Below are positions 35,447 to 44,229 of a stretch of 64,000 nucleotides of DNA, in pieces. The DNA is from Chthoniobacterales bacterium (GTDB lineage Bacteria > Verrucomicrobiota > Verrucomicrobiia > Chthoniobacterales > UBA10450). Every line of letters begins with the position of its first letter. Position 1 is the stretch's first letter. The notes under the pieces were generated by a model. That model saw only the letters and a program-made list of their open reading frames with translations. It made no database searches and was not told the origin of the DNA. The DNA lies in contig JBJMWX010000108.1 in the NCBI GenBank assembly GCA_045809925.1, positions 1,792 through 65,791 on the forward strand. Direction: 5' to 3'. Made by a program: the position numbers and the translations under genes.

Positions 35447-35758
35447 TCACCTCCTGGCGTGCGCCGCTACGACGTAGGCGGCGACAGCGCGGCCCTCTTC
35501 CGTCGTTAAACCGGAACGCGGTGCCATCCAGCCGACTATTCCCGGCCATGCATCCGCCGGATACGCATGGACCGCCGGGAGCGAATGGCACTCGATGCAT
35601 CGCGTGACAAACAACCGCCGGCCGAGGTCTAGCTGCGCCTGCGCAGCCGGGGCTCGGCGGGAGACTCGCGATTCAACCGTGATCAGCGGGGCTTCGCGCT
35701 GTTCTACGCAGCCGAGCAGAGCGATCGCGATACTTAGCAGACCAGCAAGGCGCTTCAA
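35447..35758 (-). CDS. Monoheme cytochrome c lipoprotein
   Basis: LLGC lipobox, CIECH heme motif, W..IV..M candidate distal Met; TTG start overlaps the upstream TGA. Confidence 0.8.
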   Translation of the reverse strand: MKRLAGLLSIAIALLGCVEQREAPLITVESRVSRRAPAAQAQLDLGRRLFVTRCIECHSLPAVHAYPADAWPGIVGWMAPRSGLTTEEGRAVAAYVVAAHARR

Positions 35759-36495
35759 AACATCACACCAAAGATCGTTCTAATCTGCAGGTCCGGCTCA
35801 TCTCCGGCTCGTGTGACCTGGCCGAGCGCGGTGATTGTCGTCCACCAGTTCGCACTGCGGATCGACACGTTTGGACCCGCGAAAAAGACACCTCGACCTG
35901 CTTCAGCCCATTCCGGAAATCCGATCTCATGGAGAAGCTCCAGGCCGAGTGCGCAGCGCGGATGCAGTTCGTAACTCAGACCGAGCGACTGCTGCAACTC
36001 GCCGGAATGTTCCGACAATCCTGAACCGGACCATTCTGCTTCGAGGGTGACGTTGTATGCGGCGACCAGCCGTCCAATATTCTTCTGGGCGATGACCTTC
36101 GACTCCCATTCGAAGAATCGATCCCCGATCTGGTATTCCTGATAAACGGCGAGCGCGACCGGATCGATAATCGGATTAGTGAAGTTGTAGATCAGCTCGA
36201 GCGCAGATGCCTTGTAGCGAGTGCCTTCGCCACGCGTGTATCCCCAATCCGCGAGGTAGAGAGATGCCTGGAGGTGCTCGGTCAGGCCGAACTCCAGCTC
36301 GTGCCGAAATGTGACTTCGCGAAAGGCGTGATCGTTTGGCGTGTGCGCCTCGAACGTGACCCAATTCTCGAAGTCAATACTACCGGGCCGGCCAGTAGTG
36401 GCTTCGTAGATATAAGTGAAGCGACGTGCTCCCGCGTTGGCGGACGCTGCGAGGGTCGCGAGACAAAGAACGACAAGGGCTGCTGTTCTCTGCAC
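35755..36495 (-). CDS. Putative outer-membrane beta-barrel protein (DUF6662-like, from recall)
   Basis: Signal peptide, alternating amphipathic beta strands, C-terminal Phe (IFGVMF). Confidence 0.7.
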   Translation of the reverse strand: MQRTAALVVLCLATLAASANAGARRFTYIYEATTGRPGSIDFENWVTFEAHTPNDHAFREVTFRHELEFGLTEHLQASLYLADWGYTRGEGTRYKASALELIYNFTNPIIDPVALAVYQEYQIGDRFFEWESKVIAQKNIGRLVAAYNVTLEAEWSGSGLSEHSGELQQSLGLSYELHPRCALGLELLHEIGFPEWAEAGRGVFFAGPNVSIRSANWWTTITALGQVTRAGDEPDLQIRTIFGVMF

Positions 36496-36512
36496 GACGA
36501 ATTACCGCGCGT

Positions 36513-37589
36513 TTACGCGCGCAGCTGACCAGCTGCTGCGGGGAGATTACGCGAAGGAGCGGCAACCGGTGCCATGATCGGAACCTCAGCCGTCTCGAGC
36601 GCCTCCGGGACAGCAACATCCGGTTCGAGAGCACCACCGCCCAGCCGCCTTGCCAGATAGTACGAGCCAATTACCAGCAATGCCGCGATCGCCTGTGCGG
36701 TGAGGGTCTCCACCGTCGGAAAGACAGCGAACCACAGCCCGAGCCAGGCGGGCATCACGGCGACCAGTGACGGGACCGGAGTTGTCGAAATCCAGTGCGC
36801 GAGCTGCATCTCCTGCGCCTGTTCACCGACCATCACGAGCAGGACGACGCCGAGGAGGATGCCGGTGATGACAAGCATCTTGCGATACGGCAACCGCTGC
36901 TGCAGGACGAAGGTGAGCAGCGCGACCAGTGCAGACAGCGTCAGGCCAAGGAGAGCGCCTTTCAGGACGACGCTCCCGCCGAGCCGCAGCTGGTAGCTTT
37001 GGAGAAAGAGCACGACCTCGAATCCTTCACGATAAAGCGAAGTGAATCCGAGCAGAACAAAACCCCAGAACAGGCGGCGTTGTGTAATCAGCACCGCATT
37101 TGCGTTGGCGAGCAGTGCTTTGCGCCGGCGGTTGTGATGACGGATCCACCCGCCCCAGTAAATCTTGTGGAAAAACCAGTTCATGATCACGAGCAGCACC
37201 ACGACCGCGAGCAGTCCGGTCGCAGCCTGAAGATCGAGTGCGGGAACGCTTTCCGTCAGCCGGCCCATGATGCCGATGGCTATAAACCAGGTCACGAGCG
37301 TGGCACCGAAGGCAACCGCAGCCCCGATGCCGACGGGCCGTCTGTGAATGCTACGGGCCCCGACCATGCTCGCGGTGATCGCGGCGAGCACCAGAATGCA
37401 TTCCAAGCCTTCGCGGAACACGAGGACGCCGATGTCGAGAAAAGCAACGGTCGGACTGGTATTTGGCTTTTCCGGATCGGGCGCGCCGTGTTGGGTCAGG
37501 CCCTGCCAGAGGAGCACTGCGACGATAACAAGCACGGCGAGGACGCAGAACACACGCAGACCGACAGCAGCACCGCTCCGCTTCTTCAC
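36513..37589 (-). CDS. FTR1 family iron permease
   Basis: Two RExxE motifs (FREGLE, YREGFE), multiple TMs. Confidence 0.92.
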   Translation of the reverse strand: MKKRSGAAVGLRVFCVLAVLVIVAVLLWQGLTQHGAPDPEKPNTSPTVAFLDIGVLVFREGLECILVLAAITASMVGARSIHRRPVGIGAAVAFGATLVTWFIAIGIMGRLTESVPALDLQAATGLLAVVVLLVIMNWFFHKIYWGGWIRHHNRRRKALLANANAVLITQRRLFWGFVLLGFTSLYREGFEVVLFLQSYQLRLGGSVVLKGALLGLTLSALVALLTFVLQQRLPYRKMLVITGILLGVVLLVMVGEQAQEMQLAHWISTTPVPSLVAVMPAWLGLWFAVFPTVETLTAQAIAALLVIGSYYLARRLGGGALEPDVAVPEALETAEVPIMAPVAAPSRNLPAAAGQLRA

Positions 37590-37689
37590 AATTAAAGCCT
37601 ATCACACTCGCAAACCGGCGCTGCCGGTCTATTGCGTTTTTTTAGCGGCATATTGCGGCGGGTGCGCCGGTTGTGAATGAGCCCGTAAA

Positions 37690-37706
37690 GGCGTAAAATT
37701 TACGCC
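37690..37706. promoter_or_regulatory. Perfect palindrome containing a -10-like TAAAAT, directly before the gspH-like ATG
   Basis: GGCGTAAA-A-TTTACGCC abuts ATG 37707. Confidence 0.5.
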
Positions 37707-38180
37707 ATGCGCCGCCGCCAGGGCTTTACCCTCCTTGAGATCACCATATCGGTGTTCATCCTGCTCATGCTGCTGTTGCTCGCAGTGCCGAGTCTCACTG
37801 GCGTGCTGGCAGATCGACGCCTGCGACGCTCCGTCGACGGCTTTAACAACCTTGTTCGTACCGCGCAGGAAAAGAGCGTAACTGAACACCGGCCTTATCT
37901 GATTGTCTGGAACAAGGATAACCTGGTGCTGCGGCCCGAATCCGTGAGCAAAGATGAGGAAGATAAACCAACGATCCTGTACCCACTCCGCCGCGGCGAC
38001 GCATTCAAGCTCGGCTTGCCGGCCGCGCTCGTGAAAAATCCAGCGCCTGAATGGGTATTCTGGCCGTCGGGCAACTGCGAGCCGGCGGTCATCTCATTCA
38101 AAGGGAGCGACGGGACGTGGACGGCCAGTTACTCGGCGTTAAGTGCGCGCCCGGAGATGCTCAACTATGCAGCGAGATAG
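37707..38180 (+). CDS. gspH: GspH-like minor pseudopilin
   Basis: MRRRQG|FTLLE prepilin motif, F.PSG. Confidence 0.8.
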   Translation: MRRRQGFTLLEITISVFILLMLLLLAVPSLTGVLADRRLRRSVDGFNNLVRTAQEKSVTEHRPYLIVWNKDNLVLRPESVSKDEEDKPTILYPLRRGDAFKLGLPAALVKNPAPEWVFWPSGNCEPAVISFKGSDGTWTASYSALSARPEMLNYAAR

Positions 38181-38625
38181 TCTCCGTGTAGGGGCGCTCT
38201 GTGACCGGCACCGTGACCGCAGGCCGACGGTCAGACATCGCCGCCACATGGCATTCGCGCTGTACGAAGTGCTGCTCGGCGTGACGATTTTCGTGCTGGG
38301 CGCCCTTGCCCTCGGCCGCTCCATGCAGAATTGCCTCACCGCCAGCACGCTGACCGAAGACGATGCGCGGGTGCGGCTGATCCTTGCAAATCGGATGGCT
38401 GAAATCCAGGCGGCACCCGGTTTGCCCGACGATGGCAAGAAAGCGAAGATCGACACCGGTTTTGGCCAAGTCACGCTGACGCAAAAAGTCGCGCCTGCTG
38501 GATTGAAGGACGAAAAGGACCAGGAGCTGGGCGGCATTCACACGATCCGGCTCTCCGCAGACTGGGTGCGTGGCAGCCGCAAGGAATCGCGTGTTCTGGA
38601 GTTCTATGTCTATCGGGCGGGATAA
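38167..38625 (+). CDS. gspI: GspI-like minor pseudopilin
   Basis: A|FALYE prepilin motif and hydrophobic helix; start is either ATG 38167 or ATG 38248. Confidence 0.75.
   Translation: MQRDSLRVGALCDRHRDRRPTVRHRRHMAFALYEVLLGVTIFVLGALALGRSMQNCLTASTLTEDDARVRLILANRMAEIQAAPGLPDDGKKAKIDTGFGQVTLTQKVAPAGLKDEKDQELGGIHTIRLSADWVRGSRKESRVLEFYVYRAG
38187..38248. repeat. GTAG-type REP doublet in or before the gspI leader
   Basis: TGTAGGGGCGCTCTGTGACCGGC ... CGACGGTCAGACATCGCCGCCACA. Confidence 0.7.
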
Positions 38626-39283
38626 CTTTAATGATGTCGCTGGCTCGGCACGGGCCTCTGCGAGCCGTGGGCGGAAGCGTGTTGCCGCGGTCGCGGGGTT
38701 CACCCTGCTCGAGATCTCGCTCGCCGTCGCAATTCTCGCGATGATGTCGCTGGCGATCTACCGTTTCGTGCAGGCGAACATCACTGCCGTTCGCGTCTCG
38801 TCGGATCAAACACTGATTGACGCCCGCTACACGGGGCTGCTCAACCTCCTCAGTGCGCAATGGCAGAGTCTTCCTTCCGGGGTTGGTGCGCTGACAGGTG
38901 AGCCTTTGAAGTTGAACGACCGGCCGCGCGATGAAGTGACATGGATTTGCAGCGCCGGGCCGGGGTTGCTCACGCGCTACGCCTCCGGCGATTACGTTGT
39001 CAGCCTGCGTGGCCGTCCAATGCAAGGGTCGGCCGACCTGATGGAGATCGGCATGGTGCGAAAGCCGCGCGGATCGAGCGATCCTGACTCGGAATCTTGG
39101 GTGCCATTGCTCCGGAATGTAAGCAGTCTCCAGGTCCGCTATTTCGACCCGCGATTGAACTCGTGGGTCGAGCGCTGGACCGACACGATGACCTTGCCGC
39201 GACTGGTCAAGATCGCGGTCGGCCGCTCGGATCTACCAGTCCCATGGGAAGCCGTGATTGCGCTCGGTCGAACACCATTATGA
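38606..39283 (+). CDS. gspJ: GspJ-like minor pseudopilin
   Basis: G|FTLLE motif; RYFD..W..LPRLVKI C-terminal pattern; start set to ATG 38606. Confidence 0.85.
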   Translation: MSIGRDNFNDVAGSARASASRGRKRVAAVAGFTLLEISLAVAILAMMSLAIYRFVQANITAVRVSSDQTLIDARYTGLLNLLSAQWQSLPSGVGALTGEPLKLNDRPRDEVTWICSAGPGLLTRYASGDYVVSLRGRPMQGSADLMEIGMVRKPRGSSDPDSESWVPLLRNVSSLQVRYFDPRLNSWVERWTDTMTLPRLVKIAVGRSDLPVPWEAVIALGRTPL

Positions 39284-40191
39284 GGACGTCCCACGCAAAA
39301 GACCGCCGCGGCGCGGCCTTAATGCTGTCACTCTGGGCGGTGCTTCTTCTCAGCACGATGATCATTGCCTGGGCGCTCGACATCAACACGCGGCTGACCC
39401 TTGCCGGTTACGCCAATCGTTCACTCGAAGCGGAAGCCATGGCATGCTCGGGCGCCGAAATCGCGCTGCACCCCGCGATCAAGCCCGGCTCATCCGTGTT
39501 GTTCCAGCGCCGCGGACGTACTTCGTTTGAAACGCACATCACCGGTGAAGGTGGCCGACTGAACCTTAACTGGCTGGTCGCGGGCGAGAACCCACAGCGG
39601 CTGGAAGTTCTGCGCAAGTATCTCGAGATGCGCGGGGTTGAGCTGAACGATCGCGACCGGATGATTGATTGCCTGCTCGATTGGGTCGACCCCGATAATC
39701 TCGTGCGCCTGAATGGCGCCGAGAACGAAGCTGATTACCAGCCGGCCAACGCGCTCCTCACCCGGGTCGACGATCTGAAGCGGGTGCGGGGATGGGAACA
39801 GTTTACCGCCGATCCGAACTGGGACGGAGATTTCACGCTCAACAGCACCGGTCCGATCGACGTATCATGGGCTTCACGCGAGGTATTGCTCGCCTTACCA
39901 GGAATGACAGAACCGATGGTTGACCAGTTTCTCGCGATTCGCCGAGGCGACGACGGCATCGAGGGCACGGAAGATGACGCGGAATTCAAGAGCGTCCAGG
40001 ATGTGCAGGTTGCGCTCGGCCTTTCGGCACAGCAATTTACACAGATTGCCCCTCTCGTCGGGTTTAAGGATCAGGTGTTCCGCGTTGTCAGTGTCGGTAA
40101 GTCCGCAGACGTTACGCGTGTGGTGCGAATGGTGATCCGCAAGACCGGCGGCACGCCTCAGTTGGTCGCAGGAACCTGGAAAGAGCTTTGA
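39280..40191 (+). CDS. gspK: GspK-like pseudopilin
   Basis: RRG|AAL, EGGRLNLN, LLDWVDPD, GAE; ATG overlaps the gspJ stop. Confidence 0.9.
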   Translation: MRTSHAKDRRGAALMLSLWAVLLLSTMIIAWALDINTRLTLAGYANRSLEAEAMACSGAEIALHPAIKPGSSVLFQRRGRTSFETHITGEGGRLNLNWLVAGENPQRLEVLRKYLEMRGVELNDRDRMIDCLLDWVDPDNLVRLNGAENEADYQPANALLTRVDDLKRVRGWEQFTADPNWDGDFTLNSTGPIDVSWASREVLLALPGMTEPMVDQFLAIRRGDDGIEGTEDDAEFKSVQDVQVALGLSAQQFTQIAPLVGFKDQVFRVVSVGKSADVTRVVRMVIRKTGGTPQLVAGTWKEL

Positions 40192-41444
40192 TCCTCAATC
40201 GCAAGCCGCAAGGTCCAACCCACCCAGTGTTTCTTATCCCTGCTGGAAAGGGCTGGAACATCGTCCGCTTCGCCCCGCACAACAGCGTGTGGGAGGTGCG
40301 CGGGGTCCTGAATCTCGAGGAAGCTGCGCCGCTCCTCGGGGCTGACGAGAACATCATCTTCGGTCTGCCGGTCGCGGCCGTGCTGGCGCAGCGACTCCGG
40401 CTGCCGACAGTCGAGCCGGATGAATTCGGCGAGATGGTTCGGATTCAGATTGAAAAGTCGCTGCCCTATGCGCCCGAAGAACTAACCTCTGATTACGACG
40501 TGATCGAGCGGACGGAGGAGGGGACGGTCATCTCCGCGGTCGCGGTTCATAACGAGAAGCTGCGCGAGCTTGCCGCGCCTCTGATTTCGCGCGGCATCAT
40601 TCCGAGCCAGGTGACGGTCTACGGCGCGCAGCGTTCCGCGACTCATGCCCCTACCGGCACAGCGCTCTTTATTTACCCGGAAACGGAATCCACGATCTGC
40701 GCAATTTCGGAAGAGGGGAAACTGAGCTTTACGCGTTCGCTCAATGGCGCGGATGCTTCGCAGTTGCAACGGGATCTGCCGCAGCTCGCGCTGACCGCCG
40801 AGTTGCAGGGCATCGACACCAACTTTGACAACGTCCTCCTCGACGAGAGCCTTTATACCCTGCGCGATACCTTGCAGGACGTCTTTGCCACGCCCGCCGA
40901 TCTAGTCGCTGTCGAAGCGCCGCCCGCGGCCGTCAGGCTGAATCTGCTTCCGGATGAATGGAAGGCGCGGCGGCGCCAACTTGTTCGGCAACGCGAATGG
41001 CGAAAGCGTTTGATCCTGGCGGGAATGGCTTACGCCGCCGTTCTGGTCCTCTTTCTCGCTTATTTGTTCGTGCTGCGCTGGCGCGTCAGCAGCCTCGAGA
41101 AGCGGATCGCGCACGACGCACCGCAGGTCGATTTCATCAAGAAAACCGAAGCTGAATGGAAGGAGCTCGCGCCGGCCATGGACCCGCGCTACTACCCGAT
41201 CGAAGTGCTGCTGCACTTGTTCGAAAGCCTGCCCTCGGCGGATGTGCGGATCACGCAATTTAATCAATCGGCGCGGCAAATCTCTGTCGATGGCGAAGCC
41301 AATTCCGCCGCGCTCGTCTATCAATTCGCCGACAAGGTGAAAAAGAATCCCGGCCTGCAGGCATTCACTTTCGACTTGCCACAACCGCCCCGAATTTTGC
41401 CGAACGAACACGCGCAGTATCGCCTGGAAGGAAAGCAGAAATGA
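40188..41444 (+). CDS. gspL: GspL-like T2SS protein
   Basis: Actin-like cytoplasmic domain, LNLLP, TM, periplasmic ferredoxin-like domain. Confidence 0.8.
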   Translation: MILNRKPQGPTHPVFLIPAGKGWNIVRFAPHNSVWEVRGVLNLEEAAPLLGADENIIFGLPVAAVLAQRLRLPTVEPDEFGEMVRIQIEKSLPYAPEELTSDYDVIERTEEGTVISAVAVHNEKLRELAAPLISRGIIPSQVTVYGAQRSATHAPTGTALFIYPETESTICAISEEGKLSFTRSLNGADASQLQRDLPQLALTAELQGIDTNFDNVLLDESLYTLRDTLQDVFATPADLVAVEAPPAAVRLNLLPDEWKARRRQLVRQREWRKRLILAGMAYAAVLVLFLAYLFVLRWRVSSLEKRIAHDAPQVDFIKKTEAEWKELAPAMDPRYYPIEVLLHLFESLPSADVRITQFNQSARQISVDGEANSAALVYQFADKVKKNPGLQAFTFDLPQPPRILPNEHAQYRLEGKQK

Positions 41445-41995
41445 TCCGCGCTTACCTTGACCGGATGAGCAAGCGCGAGCGCCTGCTCGCGCTCATCGTC
41501 ATAGGAGCCATTTTCCTGTTCATCAACATCCTCATTTGGAGTGCCCTGCTTGGGTCAGCGAGCCAGGCCCGCTCGCGGCTCGCCGCGCGCAAGCAGGCGC
41601 GTGCCACCCAATCGGTCTACGTGAAGGAACGCGACATGTGGGCCAAGCGAGACCAGTGGCTGAAGCAGCATCAGCCGCAGCTGAAAGGTCCCGGGGAAGC
41701 GTCGACCTTGCTCGACGAGGTCAAACAAATCGCCGGCAAGCACAACGTCCTCATCGAGAATCCTGCGATCGGTACCGGCGATTCCGGGCCGAATCACCAG
41801 TCCGTCTTCGCTTCAATCGAAACGAAAAGTCCATGGCCGCCTCTGGTGCATTTTCTTTACGATGTTCAACAGCCCGAATTTTTCGTTGTCTTTGAAAGCG
41901 TGAATCTGCAGATCGACGGGTCGGATCCGACAATGATGCGCGGCAAATTCAAGATCGCCCGCTGGTTCGCGCCGGGAGGTGCCCCCCGGAAATGA
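41441..41995 (+). CDS. gspM: GspM-like T2SS protein
   Basis: MSKRER + TM + coiled coil + ferredoxin-like domain; follows gspL. Confidence 0.78.
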   Translation: MIRAYLDRMSKRERLLALIVIGAIFLFINILIWSALLGSASQARSRLAARKQARATQSVYVKERDMWAKRDQWLKQHQPQLKGPGEASTLLDEVKQIAGKHNVLIENPAIGTGDSGPNHQSVFASIETKSPWPPLVHFLYDVQQPEFFVVFESVNLQIDGSDPTMMRGKFKIARWFAPGGAPRK

Positions 41996-42660
41996 AACGG
42001 GCCGGCTCATTTTGTTGCGTGCTGCTCCTCAGCGCCGGGATCGCTTCGGCTGAAGACAGCGTCCCGAAACCTCTCGCCTTCGCGCGCTATCAGGGGATGA
42101 TGGACAAGTCACCGTTCGCGGTCGCGACAGCCGCAGCTCCGCCGCCGACCACCGCCAGCTTCGCCAAGGATCTTTACGTCGCTAACGCCGCGAAGTCGCC
42201 CGACGGCGACATGGTCACGATTGGTTCCAGTGCGGACAAAAATTTCAAGAAATACCTGACGGCGAAGACGCCAGTGGACGGTTACAGCATTTCGAACATC
42301 GAATGGTCGGACAAGGTAGGCGCGACGAAGGTGACGATTTCAAAAGATGGTCAGTTCGCCACCCTCACATTCAACCAGGCGCTGATCAGTCAACCGATAG
42401 CCGGAGGGCAGGGCGCGCAGCCCCAAGCGCAGCCGCAGCCGCCGGGCGGCGCGCCGCCGGTTCCGCCGCCGCCCGGCGGCGTTGTGCCCGGTGGGCCGCT
42501 GCAGCCGGCACCACCCGCCGCGCCGGGGGCAATCAAACCGGCACCGATTCCGATGTTACCGACGCCGCCGCCGCGGGTCAGGGGCGTGATTCCGCGAAGT
42601 CCGAACCAGCCTAATATGACCGCGGCGACGCCACAGCCGGTGCCCACGCCGGAGTTGTAA
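41992..42660 (+). CDS. Exported protein with Pro-rich tail (possible GspC/N functional analogue)
   Basis: Signal peptide, SPF motif, small beta domain, long Pro/Gln/Gly tail; last gene of the gsp operon. Confidence 0.55.
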   Translation: MKRAGSFCCVLLLSAGIASAEDSVPKPLAFARYQGMMDKSPFAVATAAAPPPTTASFAKDLYVANAAKSPDGDMVTIGSSADKNFKKYLTAKTPVDGYSISNIEWSDKVGATKVTISKDGQFATLTFNQALISQPIAGGQGAQPQAQPQPPGGAPPVPPPPGGVVPGGPLQPAPPAAPGAIKPAPIPMLPTPPPRVRGVIPRSPNQPNMTAATPQPVPTPEL

Positions 42661-42726
42661 ATCCGCGGCCGCGCGTGGTCCGAATGCGGAAAAGCTTCCG
42701 CGACAACTCGCCGCGCCAAAAACGGG

Positions 42727-43143
42727 CTAGCCTCCCCAATCGTCGTCAGCCGTATCCGGCCGGCGATCGGGCCCCGCCGAATAGAGATCGTAGCCGTTGG
42801 GATTTTTTCGGCCCGGATTGAGGTAAATGTAATTGTTCTGCCACGGGTCCTTCGGCATCTCCTTGTAGAGCTGGTACCATCGCGTCGGCCGCGGATCGCT
42901 GGATGGCTGAGTCACAAGGGCCTGCAAGCCCTGTTCGCTGGTGGGCAGAAAACCGTTCATGCTCTCATAGAGCTTTAACTGCGTGTTGATGCCCTGAATA
43001 TCCGCCGAAACGCGCGTGTGTTTCGCGAATTCCACGTTGCCGCCCAGTTTGTAAATCGCGGTCCCGAGGAGCAACGCGATGATTGTCACCACGAGCATGA
43101 TCTCAAGCAATGTGAAGCCGCCCTGTTCTTTCCGTGTCTTCAT
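42727..43143 (-). CDS. gspG: Major pseudopilin GspG
   Basis: G|FTLLE, PTSEQGLQAL, KDPW..Y.Y, SAGPD..DTADD. Confidence 0.96.
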   Translation of the reverse strand: MKTRKEQGGFTLLEIMLVVTIIALLLGTAIYKLGGNVEFAKHTRVSADIQGINTQLKLYESMNGFLPTSEQGLQALVTQPSSDPRPTRWYQLYKEMPKDPWQNNYIYLNPGRKNPNGYDLYSAGPDRRPDTADDDWGG

Positions 43144-43146
43144 AGA

Positions 43147-44211
43147 TCAGCGTTCCGGTACGAGATCGTAGTCCGATTTGTCCCAGAGATATTTCAGTTG
43201 TATCTGCGTCGCCCGGATCGCCGAAGCATCGGTGCCTGCGCCGGCGACGACGAGCAGATCGTTCGATCCGACTCGCAGGCTACTCGCCGGCACTACTTTT
43301 TGGGCCCGGATCCAGCCGGTGTATCGGAAACGCATTTCTCGCACGAGCGCTCCCATTTCGCCGCGATAACCCGGGTCCGACAAATCAGGCAACGTCAATG
43401 AGACACCGCCGATATTCTCGCCGTTCAGGTAAATTTCCGGCGGCGAGTCGATCTTCGCGGCAGCAACTTCGAAGGTGATCACGGCCGCGAGCGGCTGCGT
43501 TTCGATCGGGAATTGGAAGGCGGCACCGTTTTGCACGCTCGCACCAATCCGGATCGTCTCGTCCGAAAGTGTGGCCGTGACGGTGCCGAACCGCTCGTTA
43601 TCCTGCACCGGCGCGTGCAACGGAGCGGCGGCGGAGAACGGCTCCGGAATCAAGTCTCGATGGTCGGCGCTGATCGGGTGCAGCACTTCGCTGCTCGTCA
43701 TCCAATCGAGATAGGCGCCACGAATGTTTTTGCCGTCGCCCGGCACTTGAACGTCAATCGTAGACGCGCCATTCAGTGGGACGAAAACCGTTTCGGAGGT
43801 GGCGATATTCACGCCGAGCCCGAGCGGGGCTGATTGCAGCACCTCTGTGCCGGATTCATCCCATGCCACCAATGTCGGGCGCTGGTCGGGCTTATCGTCA
43901 AAGAACAACCGGAACATCAGTACTTGAAAATCGGGCCGGGGGCGGGAAAGGCGGATGCGGAAGATGCTTGTCGCGATCTCACCGGGCTTCACTTCGGGCG
44001 TAGCGAGCGTGACTGCCTCCACCCAGGGTGGCGCGCTCTGCGCCTTCGCGTTGGCCGCGGGAGTCTGGCGCAAGTCAAGCCAGGCACTTTCGACGTCTTT
44101 TTCCTCCGGCGTCGCTGCGCGCTGGGGCAGACGGTCGAGCATCGCTTCCTGAGCCTCGACAGCGCAGGTCGCAGTCAGGAAAATCGTTGCTGCAATGAGC
44201 CGGGGGAACAT
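43147..44211 (-). CDS. Exported beta-rich hypothetical protein between gspF and gspG
   Basis: Signal peptide (AVEA|Q); 18 nt after gspF and 3 nt before gspG. Confidence 0.7.
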   Translation of the reverse strand: MFPRLIAATIFLTATCAVEAQEAMLDRLPQRAATPEEKDVESAWLDLRQTPAANAKAQSAPPWVEAVTLATPEVKPGEIATSIFRIRLSRPRPDFQVLMFRLFFDDKPDQRPTLVAWDESGTEVLQSAPLGLGVNIATSETVFVPLNGASTIDVQVPGDGKNIRGAYLDWMTSSEVLHPISADHRDLIPEPFSAAAPLHAPVQDNERFGTVTATLSDETIRIGASVQNGAAFQFPIETQPLAAVITFEVAAAKIDSPPEIYLNGENIGGVSLTLPDLSDPGYRGEMGALVREMRFRYTGWIRAQKVVPASSLRVGSNDLLVVAGAGTDASAIRATQIQLKYLWDKSDYDLVPER

Positions 44212-44229
44212 TTCGGCGCGGAGATTACC

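Noticed and set aside
35651-35669. GGCTCGGCGGGAGACTCGC inside the cytochrome linker resembling a PVC-type REP
   Set aside because: Single arm, no second copy in the window, and the resemblance rests on recall only.
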